Assembly (NCBI GenBank): GCA_964409135.1
Contig: CAYPBZ010000001.1
Location: 26,535 to 90,534 of the forward strand
Reading direction: 5' to 3'
DNA from: Candidatus Micrarchaeota archaeon
GTDB taxonomy: Archaea; Micrarchaeota; Micrarchaeia; Micrarchaeales; Micrarchaeaceae
DNA: 64,000 bases
Part shown: piece after piece, positions 17,810 through 26,060 of the stretch
Numbering within the stretch: position 1 is the first letter of the stretch
Layout of the letters: every line of letters starts with the position of its first letter
Notes under the pieces: model-generated
What the model was told of the DNA's origin: nothing
Seen by the model: the letters and a program-made list of their open reading frames with translations, nothing else
Database searches by the model: none
Translations under genes and position numbers: made by a program

Positions 17810-19110
17810 TGAGACTGCAAAGCTCCTTCGAGTTCATTATCCTGCTCGGCGCGGTAGTCGCGCTCAGCACAGCGATATTCGGCGTGTATATCAAAATGCA
17901 GAATAGCGACTACGCTGCGGTGAGTAGCTTTCTATCCAAAAACGCCAATATCACAGTGAACGCCGCGCCGCTCATGCAGGGAAACGTATCTGTGAGCATA
18001 TACACTCCGGAGGAGATGCATATCGGCAATGCCTCCTCTGTACTCTCATTGTTCTCGGGCGGATATAACTCCACCATACTGAATGCAAGGCTGGAAGCGA
18101 CGAATGCGGTTGTCATGCCTGACAGCTACAGCAATGTGCCGATAAATGGTGATTATATACTGAGCTACGATGTTGTGCCGACCAGCACCGGGTACGTAGA
18201 AGTTAAATTATCTGCAAACATATCGATAGGAAACACAGTACAGCATATCTCAAAATCTGCTGAATCCTACTCATTAAACTCTCTGGCGGGGAATGCCTCT
18301 CCAAATCCCACATACTCTGCAGCCATATCTTATGTGTACGATAATCTGGTATACAATGCAAGCACCCCCTCTGGCATGTACACTGTAAGCCAATCCTCCC
18401 ATTGCGCATACACTGGATGGGCCGGCGGCCTGCTGAACCTCAACGGGCAGTGCGGCTCCAGTGCAACCTGGGATTACTTCATAGAGTCTGCGGGGTGCTA
18501 TTATGGTGCAGGCACAAGATACCGGGCCTACTGCATGTACAAGAACAGCGAAAACGCAGATATATACAACGTAAGCCAAGTCCCGAAATACAACTACAGC
18601 ATAGTGCTCAGCCTCGACAATTCCTCTCTGAGCCTCGAATCCATACTTGACAGCACGAAAACGTCTAACGTAATCGTGTCTGTGGACGGCTCTGTCTATG
18701 GCAATGCTGCTGTTTCCGGATACGTCTCGGGGTCCGGTTATTCTCCAGCGCCGTATTTCATAATGCACAAAGGCTCCGACATCCCTATCACATCATCCCA
18801 GTACCAGACGTACTCACAATATCTAAACAGCATGGATTCTCTTCTCAACTACTACAACGGCACCAAGACCTCAGACAGCGCAGGCGCGGCCATGTCTGAG
18901 AGCATAAACTCCTTCAATTTGGAGATGTATGCGCTTCTGAACTCAAACTCTACTGATACCAACTGCACCTTCTCGCCATCCGGCTTGAATTACGTGTATA
19001 TATGCCAGTCATACCAGGGATTCCAGTTCTCAAATATAACGGCTGCCATAAACGGGTACATAGGCACAGAATCTATAAACGTGGAGGGCTCTACCATCAA
19101 TCTGAGATGA
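17806..19110 (+). CDS. Large pilin-like protein (candidate minor pilin or tip adhesin)
   Basis: 'MMRL|QSSFEFIILLGAVVALSTAIF' class-III-type N-terminus. 434 aa, rich in S/T/N/Y with many N-x-S/T sequons. Confidence 0.6.
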   Translation: MMRLQSSFEFIILLGAVVALSTAIFGVYIKMQNSDYAAVSSFLSKNANITVNAAPLMQGNVSVSIYTPEEMHIGNASSVLSLFSGGYNSTILNARLEATNAVVMPDSYSNVPINGDYILSYDVVPTSTGYVEVKLSANISIGNTVQHISKSAESYSLNSLAGNASPNPTYSAAISYVYDNLVYNASTPSGMYTVSQSSHCAYTGWAGGLLNLNGQCGSSATWDYFIESAGCYYGAGTRYRAYCMYKNSENADIYNVSQVPKYNYSIVLSLDNSSLSLESILDSTKTSNVIVSVDGSVYGNAAVSGYVSGSGYSPAPYFIMHKGSDIPITSSQYQTYSQYLNSMDSLLNYYNGTKTSDSAGAAMSESINSFNLEMYALLNSNSTDTNCTFSPSGLNYVYICQSYQGFQFSNITAAINGYIGTESINVEGSTINLR

Positions 19111-19114
19111 CGTT

Positions 19115-19486
19115 ATGAAAGGCCAACTTGCGACCATCGAGGCGATAATTGCAGCAGCAATCATATCCTGGGTGGTAATATTTGTGGCGAACGCCTCGTA
19201 CGGCATGTCGATCACGCGGAAGAGCGCAAACGTCGAGAATGCAGTGTACGACTTCTCCAACATCCTGTACAAGAACGCGACAGCATATGGATGCATAACC
19301 AGCAGGAATACAGGGTGCATCAGTAATATACTGGACGAGATGCGAAGCGTATACGGGCTAAAGTACGCCGGACTGAAGATCGGGAACCTCTCAGTATACT
19401 CTGGAAGCGCATGCGCAGCATACGAAAACTTCTGCTATACGGCCGGTGACAATGGCATAGCGTGCCTTCTGCTCTGCGGTGGTTGA
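19115..19486 (+). CDS. Pilin-like protein
   Basis: 'MKG|QLATIEAIIAAAIISWVVIFV'. Confidence 0.6.
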   Translation: MKGQLATIEAIIAAAIISWVVIFVANASYGMSITRKSANVENAVYDFSNILYKNATAYGCITSRNTGCISNILDEMRSVYGLKYAGLKIGNLSVYSGSACAAYENFCYTAGDNGIACLLLCGG

Positions 19487-19793
19487 AGTGGCGTTCTATG
19501 GATTCCTTATTATAGTTTCGATTATTGCTGCCGTGTTCATACTTAACAACGTCTCCTACATGGCCGGAGCGAATGGGTCTATGTTACACCAGCTTCACAG
19601 ATACAGGAACATAGTCATGCTTGAGGCGTTTCAGAACATCGTACTTAACACCACTGGCTCAGCTGCCCTGTCCAACAACTCTAGCGTGATTGTAAAGGCT
19701 GAAGCAGAAGCGGATGGATTTGTTATAACAGGATATGGGAGAGCATCGGTCGTTTCGAGTGTTGACGGCCCATATGTATACTGGACGCATTGA
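19479..19793 (+). CDS. Small membrane-anchored protein, last gene of the pilus operon
   Basis: GTG start overlapping the previous gene. 'VEVAFYGFLIIVSIIAAVFIL' N-terminal helix. Confidence 0.4.
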   Translation: MVEVAFYGFLIIVSIIAAVFILNNVSYMAGANGSMLHQLHRYRNIVMLEAFQNIVLNTTGSAALSNNSSVIVKAEAEADGFVITGYGRASVVSSVDGPYVYWTH

Positions 19794-19807
19794 ATACCAG
19801 TGCCCGA

Positions 19808-21580
19808 CTACTTCAGGCTAACCTTCTTCTGCTGGCCGTACATCTCCTGCACCTCCTTCGTTGTCGTAGCGTCTTCAGGCCCCTTGTCGTTCCTTATCAT
19901 CTCAGTGCCGATTATCCTCGGGAACCTCAATGCGTATCCTGCTTCCTTGTTGTCCTTGTCAGTGCCTAACCCACACGTGTGCATCGGCGACCTAGTTATC
20001 TCATCCGCCCTTACTGTCACAACGTACTTGGGCTGGACCCAAAAGTCCGGCTCTATGGTCGAATGCACTCTCGCCGGCCTTTTCTTGACAGCTATCTTTC
20101 CAAGGACCGAGCTAAGCTTTTTCATGTTCTCCTCTGTGAATCCAGTACCTATCCTGGATACCGTCTCGAAGACGTCCTTCTTATCGTTGTAGACTCCGCA
20201 CAGGAGACCGCCAAACCCGAATTCCGCCCGCGATCCTTTTCCCAGGTAGTATCCGAGTATGACGAGGTCCAGCGTGTCTGATAACGTGCTCCTATAGCTC
20301 CTCTTCAGCTTTATCCAACTGAATCTCCTCGCACCCGCTACATACGGGGTGTCTAGTCCCTTGGCGACTATGCCTTCCAGGCCACTTCCTATTGACTCCT
20401 GGAAGAACTTGCTGAGCGATTGCGCGGAATCAGTCACTACCATGTTTGAGATTGTTATCCTCTCTGAGTCCTTAGATATTATCTCTTTCAGGTATTTGCG
20501 TCTCATCTCATACGGCACGTTCAGCAGGCTCTTGCCCTCCAGGTAGATGAGGTCGAACGCCATAAGGTGCAGAGGCACCTCCTCTGCCATACGCTCCACC
20601 TCGTGCTTCCTCTTCCTCTGTATGGTTTCCTGGAACGGCAGGAATTCTCCTGTGGAATCGTTGAACGCCAGGGCCTCTCCATCTATTATCGCCTTGTCTG
20701 CATTTATCGACCTTTGCGTAGCGCTTACTATGTCAGGGAACATCTCTGTGGTCTCTTCCAGGTTCCTTGAGTATATCTTGACCTTGGTGCCTGACTTGTG
20801 CACCTGGCATCTGAACCCGTCATATTTCTGCTCTGCGGCGCATCTCCCCCCTACCTTCTCAATTATCTGTTCCGAGGTCGGCAATCTCTCGGCCAGAGCC
20901 GGCCTGATGGGTTTGAACAGTGTTATGCCAATAGCCTCTACGCCCTTTATGCCTTTCTTGAACAGGGTTTCGGCTATAATCCCGAGGTCGCTGCATATGT
21001 TATACGCACCCTCAAGCTCCTTCTTCGACTTTCTGTCTCCTGTCTTTGCGACCGAGAGCGCCTCAAGTATCGTGGAGTCACCAACACCTAGCCTCAGCTG
21101 GCCCATAGGGTATCTGATAAGATACCTGCATTCCAGGGGTGTGGAAGATGCGATCATGTCAGCCAATATGCGCGTCTTCATCTCCTTGCTGCCCTTGCCC
21201 GAGGTCTTGGCTATCTTCAGCATTGAATCGTAAACCATACCAACTGTGTACGAGCCAGAGCCCATCCTCTTCAGTTTGGATTCGCTCCGCAGCCTCTCAG
21301 CCGTATCGCCCAGGTCCCCACTCTTCTTGTATGCCGAGCTGACCTCTGATTTCTGAAGCCCGGTAGCCATAGATATAGCATCCTTAGCCATCTTCGCGGC
21401 GAGTCCGAACTCCACACCCTCGAACGGGGCGGCAAGCACTCCTTCCGACATGTACACTGCCTTCGCTACCTCGTCGTCTCCTATCTCTCTGAACACTTCT
21501 GCGAGTATCTCTATCATCTTCAGCCTGGACGATGTGTCTTCTATCTTTTGGTAATACTCTGCAAGTCTCCTAAACTGCAT
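19808..21580 (-). CDS. lig: ATP-dependent DNA ligase
   Basis: Adenylation motif 'AEQKYDGFRCQVH', 'EGIVAK' and 'WIKLK'. 590 aa. Confidence 0.95.
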   Translation of the reverse strand: MQFRRLAEYYQKIEDTSSRLKMIEILAEVFREIGDDEVAKAVYMSEGVLAAPFEGVEFGLAAKMAKDAISMATGLQKSEVSSAYKKSGDLGDTAERLRSESKLKRMGSGSYTVGMVYDSMLKIAKTSGKGSKEMKTRILADMIASSTPLECRYLIRYPMGQLRLGVGDSTILEALSVAKTGDRKSKKELEGAYNICSDLGIIAETLFKKGIKGVEAIGITLFKPIRPALAERLPTSEQIIEKVGGRCAAEQKYDGFRCQVHKSGTKVKIYSRNLEETTEMFPDIVSATQRSINADKAIIDGEALAFNDSTGEFLPFQETIQRKRKHEVERMAEEVPLHLMAFDLIYLEGKSLLNVPYEMRRKYLKEIISKDSERITISNMVVTDSAQSLSKFFQESIGSGLEGIVAKGLDTPYVAGARRFSWIKLKRSYRSTLSDTLDLVILGYYLGKGSRAEFGFGGLLCGVYNDKKDVFETVSRIGTGFTEENMKKLSSVLGKIAVKKRPARVHSTIEPDFWVQPKYVVTVRADEITRSPMHTCGLGTDKDNKEAGYALRFPRIIGTEMIRNDKGPEDATTTKEVQEMYGQQKKVSLK

Positions 21581-21599
21581 TCACGCACCGTTATCCTGC

Positions 21600-24464
21600 T
21601 TAACCTAGCCATCCGCAATTCTTGCTGCTGGTGTAATTGTTAGAGCTGTTCGTGTTCGACTCCGGATTTTGTGAGGTCCCCTCGCACGTTACACCGTACG
21701 CTTGTCCATAGAACGAATTTCCTGATACCCTGTTCTGCGTAGAGTTATTGAATATCCATCCGCTTCCGCTCAAACGGCTGGCTATATTGTTCTTTATATT
21801 CATCAGAGATGTGTTGAATATGTAGTACGATACGAATAGGGATTCGACGAAGTTATTGCTCAACTCACCGGCCGTGTCTCCACCGAGGTATATCCCGCCT
21901 GATTGCGATGTAATATTATTTTGGGAAATAGTCGGGCCGCTCGAGTCTATCACATTTATCACATAAGTCGAATTCAAGGAGGGCTGCGTGGCGTATACAG
22001 TGTTGTTGCGGACGTTCGTGTCAGAATTCTTCACATTCGCCAAGGCGGTGAACCCTTTTAGGTTGCAGTTCTCAAGAGTCGTGCCTGATGCGTCAATGAA
22101 TGATGCAAATGTCCCGCCGTCAGTAGCTATTATAGTGTGGTTCGCGCAGTCTATGGTGGAGGAGTTCGTGTATACACTGAAGCATGTCGCTCCGGTTCCA
22201 TATACTGCGTCATAAGCCAGGGTGTATGTCGATGGGTGCAAGAAAGATGCGCACTGGAGGACCTGCCCTTGGGATATTGCAGCCATCCATCTGCAGTTGA
22301 CCTTCTTTGTTCCATAGTTTATGCCACCATTCTCTGCAGATATGTCAGAGTTGTCGCCGCTGCATATATAATCCGCATACGCGCTCAGTGACATACGATT
22401 GTACGAGACCGTATTGTTCGTAGAGTTTCCCCCAAGATATATCCCGGCATAGTTATTCATTCCGTTGTTGTAGTCCACCAGGTTGTCTATAGAATTCTCT
22501 AAATGTATCGCATCGCCCGGCATGCTGGAATAAGACAATGTATTGTTGGATATCTCGCTGTGCATGACTCTCGACACATATATATCAGATATACCATGCG
22601 TCACGGTGTTATTCACTACGTTTGCCGCTGTTACGTTGATGAGTGATATCCCGGTCTGTTGTTGTGGTCCTCCGAGCGTGTTGTTGTACACCGCAACGTT
22701 TGTGGAGTCGCTCACGTTTATCCCTGTGTAAAAATTGCTAGTAGTGCAGTTGCTTATCTCGATGTTGTTCTTGCCGCTTGCATATACTGCTGATGACCCC
22801 GGGGCTTTCGTATACTCATTTGTCAATATGTTATTGTTGCAGTTCAGGGTCACGTTATCTGCCTTTATAGGGAAGCAGTCCTGCTGTTCTGACAGGACGT
22901 TGTTCTCGAGCAGGTAGTTCCCAGGCAGAGTCAATGGCGTGCATGATGTGAGTCCAAAAAACTTAAGGCTCGCGTTCAGGTAATGGTCGCACGCTGCCCA
23001 CGACGCATCTGTGACGCCGCAGCTTGTTTTCAAGAGGAGATTGTTAAGCGGAGACAGGCTGTCGTTCGACGCGTATATATCTATGAGTGAATTGTTCCTA
23101 GCGTAGCCGCCTGAGAATGTGTTAGAGAATGAGCCATTTACATATATACCTATAGTGTTGTTGTACACCTTAAATCTGAGGAACTGGTCTACGCTTGAAT
23201 TTACTATGGATATGCCCCTATCGGCGCCTGTCACTGCCGTATTGCTTATGGTAAGGTCGTTAGAGCTCTTAATTATTATCCCGGTGTTCCTGGCATTGAT
23301 GTTGCAGCCAGTCACGTTTACATTTTTTATGCCATCCATGCTTATACCAGTGCTCGCATTGGTTATCGAGTCGTTGTTGCAGTATAAGTTGACGGACGAA
23401 GACCTTATGCTTATGCATGGGAGGCTGCTCACCCATACATTTCCAAACGGCTCTACATATGTGGCGTTTATGCTATTTGCAAGGTAATAATCACCCGGGG
23501 ACGTTATGGAGCCGCACGAGTTGATCTGGCTCGATAGGGTTATGTTAGACACATTTGCCAGTATGTTGTTCGCAGAGCAGTAGAGGAATGAACATCCGAA
23601 GTCGTTCGAACAGGTGTTGGATTTTGCAGTACTCGTCCCGTATACTCCACTGCCCAGAGTGCAGTAGAATGACACATTGGTATTGCTCACGTTGTTGTTC
23701 ACGTAGCTGTTGTTCTCCGAGTTTACATATACTCCGCGGTTGTTGCCTGTGAGGTTGTTGTCCGATATCGTGTTGTTCTTGGATCCTTCCGTTATATACA
23801 CGGAGCCATTCTCTGATGTTGTACCTACAAATGTGTTGTATTGGATGTTAGAATAGGTTGTGTTGCTTACGTATATGTTGGAGATTACGTTGTGTGATGC
23901 GTTGTTGTTGGTTATGTTGAGGTCCTTCGAGTTGAACGTGCCGATTCCGTAAGAGAACTTGGATATATGGCAACCTATTACCGAAACGTTTGACGAATTT
24001 TCCACATAAACTCCGTACGTGCTGTTGGATCCTGCTGCAAAGGGTCCGGAGCCGCTTATGCTGTTGTTGCACACCAGCTTAACGTTGTCCGAATTTATGG
24101 TTATGCAATTGCCGCTGAATCCGCTGTATGTTACATTCTTGGCCACGCTGTACACGCCCGGACTTGTTATCGAGCCACACGAACTGATTAAACTTGATGT
24201 GATACTTGGTATTGTGGTTGTGCTACTTATGTTGTTGTTCGATGCTATCCCACGGTATGCTAAGATTGCTATGGCTGCTACTATCAATATAATGATTACT
24301 GCGTATATTGTCTTATTCGCCTTCTTGGCTTTCGGCTTTTGCGCAGGCGTTTGCGGCTGATTCTGATACTGCCCCTGTCCGTATGCCTCCTGCTGCTCCT
24401 GTGTGGTTGTTGGGTGTGCCGATGGTTCTGTCATCTCTTCCTTCTGGTCGCTGTTACCATCCAT
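21600..24464 (-). CDS. N-terminally anchored surface protein with repeated right-handed beta-helix (NosD/PbH1-like) modules
   Basis: 954 aa. Q/P/K-rich N-terminal tail, one TM (IYAVIIILIVAAIAILAY) and at least four modules that open with 'C..(I)T.PG.Y.L....C(I).I....V.L.CNN'. Many 'N.I..N...GI.' helix rungs and dozens of N-x-S/T sequons. Confidence 0.65.
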   Translation of the reverse strand: MDGNSDQKEEMTEPSAHPTTTQEQQEAYGQGQYQNQPQTPAQKPKAKKANKTIYAVIIILIVAAIAILAYRGIASNNNISSTTTIPSITSSLISSCGSITSPGVYSVAKNVTYSGFSGNCITINSDNVKLVCNNSISGSGPFAAGSNSTYGVYVENSSNVSVIGCHISKFSYGIGTFNSKDLNITNNNASHNVISNIYVSNTTYSNIQYNTFVGTTSENGSVYITEGSKNNTISDNNLTGNNRGVYVNSENNSYVNNNVSNTNVSFYCTLGSGVYGTSTAKSNTCSNDFGCSFLYCSANNILANVSNITLSSQINSCGSITSPGDYYLANSINATYVEPFGNVWVSSLPCISIRSSSVNLYCNNDSITNASTGISMDGIKNVNVTGCNINARNTGIIIKSSNDLTISNTAVTGADRGISIVNSSVDQFLRFKVYNNTIGIYVNGSFSNTFSGGYARNNSLIDIYASNDSLSPLNNLLLKTSCGVTDASWAACDHYLNASLKFFGLTSCTPLTLPGNYLLENNVLSEQQDCFPIKADNVTLNCNNNILTNEYTKAPGSSAVYASGKNNIEISNCTTSNFYTGINVSDSTNVAVYNNTLGGPQQQTGISLINVTAANVVNNTVTHGISDIYVSRVMHSEISNNTLSYSSMPGDAIHLENSIDNLVDYNNGMNNYAGIYLGGNSTNNTVSYNRMSLSAYADYICSGDNSDISAENGGINYGTKKVNCRWMAAISQGQVLQCASFLHPSTYTLAYDAVYGTGATCFSVYTNSSTIDCANHTIIATDGGTFASFIDASGTTLENCNLKGFTALANVKNSDTNVRNNTVYATQPSLNSTYVINVIDSSGPTISQNNITSQSGGIYLGGDTAGELSNNFVESLFVSYYIFNTSLMNIKNNIASRLSGSGWIFNNSTQNRVSGNSFYGQAYGVTCEGTSQNPESNTNSSNNYTSSKNCGWLG

Positions 24465-24592
24465 TAAATCATTCGTATCAATGTTGAAACATGTCTGTTA
24501 TGTCTGGCGTAATACAGCTAAATATAGAATCCCCAAGCTATAAAATACCGCAGGTTTACTAACTTATCGAGCATCACTATAGAATAGGAGAT

Positions 24593-24676
24593 GCCTCGGT
24601 AGCTCAGTGGTAGAGCGCCTGTCTCGTAACCAAACGGGAAAACAGGAGGTCGAGGGTTCAACTCCCTCTCGAGGCT
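24593..24676 (+). tRNA. tRNA-Thr (anticodon CGU) with a ~12-nt intron after position 37
   Basis: GCCTCGG-TA-GCTC-AGTGGTA-GAGC-G-CCTGT-CTCGTA[ACCAAACGGGAA]A-ACAGG-AGGTC-GAGGG-TTCAACT-CCCTC-TCGAGGC-T. Intron at about 24629-24640. Confidence 0.75.
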
Positions 24677-24765
24677 TGTCTATATGGGCGGTAAACCCGG
24701 CCCGATGGACTGAAAACCGAGGAGTTGAGTTCATAATTCATAAGGAAGCACATTTTGTCGGAACA

Positions 24766-25965
24766 TCAGAACAGGGTGTGCTTCCCTGCGAGAATCTCCC
24801 TCGTAAGGAATCCTATATTCTCCAGGGCCTCCTCTCCGAGCTGGTTCACCTTGCCGGCGAGCTGCTCTGCCTTCATCGACCCGTTCATCTTGAGTCTTAT
24901 GTTCATGTGCTTCGGGTCGTTTATCGGCCTGCCTATCTGTGATACTATCGACACATTGCACTCCTCTATGTCCGGATACAGCTTGACAGCATCGGCCGCT
25001 ATCTCGTTCGCCAATACTCCATATATCTTGCCAACATGGTTGAATGGGTTCTTCCCGGCCGCGGCTTCGAGGCTCATATGCCTGAACGGCGTTATTATGC
25101 CATTGGGACGGTTGCCTCTACCGACAGAACCATCATCACCAGCCTCGCAGCTGAGTCCTGATTTCGTCAGGTATACGCTGCCCGTGTCGAGGTGGTCCCC
25201 ATTGTTTACGAACACGCTCACATTGTGCTTTGTGATCTTCTTAGACAGGTTCTTAACATCCTCTATGACTGTCTCTTTGTATCTTATGTAATCCTCTTTT
25301 CTCGCTACATGCTGTGCAACGAACGCTATGGCTATCGTAAGGATTATCTCACTACTATCTCTGACGCCCATGACCTTTATATCCTCCCCTACGGCCGGCA
25401 CCTTCTCCTTGTACGAGGCGCTGTTCAGGAATCTCTCGGTCTCCAAGGTGAGCCTCTCTGTTTCAGTGAAGGGTGCGAATCCTATGCCAAAGGAGGTATC
25501 GTTAGCGAGCGGTACGTCCGAGCCCCTGCCGAATACATTGGTGAGGTCTACGGATCCTTTCACTATCTTTGATTCTATTCTTGTCTCGCTCTCTATATCG
25601 AGGAAGCGCGTATGCTCGCGCAGATAATCCTTTGCCGCCTTTATGGCTATCGTGTCAACAGGTATCTCTATGTCCTGGTAAACCCTTGCCGCCCGTCCAG
25701 TCAGTATTATCTCTATAGGCCTGGTTATCCTGCCCGAGCCGAATGTCGCCTCAGAGCTCCCACCTATTATGAGGCCCTTGTCGACATTGTGGTGGAGTAT
25801 CATCCCAGCTGTATTCATATACTCATTCGACAGCTCTATGCTGACCCTTTCCATTATCCCGTCAATCAGGCTGTCTGGGTGGCCTATACCTTTCCTCTCT
25901 ACGTACTCTACCTCCTGCTTGTACAGCGGGAGCGATCTGTCTTCCGTGACTCTTATATTTGACAT
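24766..25965 (-). CDS. metK: S-adenosylmethionine synthetase, archaeal type
   Basis: 'VERKGIGHPDSLIDGI' and length/architecture typical of archaeal MAT. 399 aa. Confidence 0.9.
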   Translation of the reverse strand: MSNIRVTEDRSLPLYKQEVEYVERKGIGHPDSLIDGIMERVSIELSNEYMNTAGMILHHNVDKGLIIGGSSEATFGSGRITRPIEIILTGRAARVYQDIEIPVDTIAIKAAKDYLREHTRFLDIESETRIESKIVKGSVDLTNVFGRGSDVPLANDTSFGIGFAPFTETERLTLETERFLNSASYKEKVPAVGEDIKVMGVRDSSEIILTIAIAFVAQHVARKEDYIRYKETVIEDVKNLSKKITKHNVSVFVNNGDHLDTGSVYLTKSGLSCEAGDDGSVGRGNRPNGIITPFRHMSLEAAAGKNPFNHVGKIYGVLANEIAADAVKLYPDIEECNVSIVSQIGRPINDPKHMNIRLKMNGSMKAEQLAGKVNQLGEEALENIGFLTREILAGKHTLF

Positions 25966-26060
25966 CTATCACACACCCTCACAAACGTATTAGAATAGAA
26001 AGTGAGTAAGTAATAAAAATGTGAGCCTCGCAGGAACGAAGGGACATAAACATTACGTCG

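Noticed and set aside
24607-24942. 111-aa ORF starting inside tRNA-Thr
   Set aside because: It overlaps a well-formed tRNA and is then antisense to the SAM synthetase 3' end. No motifs.
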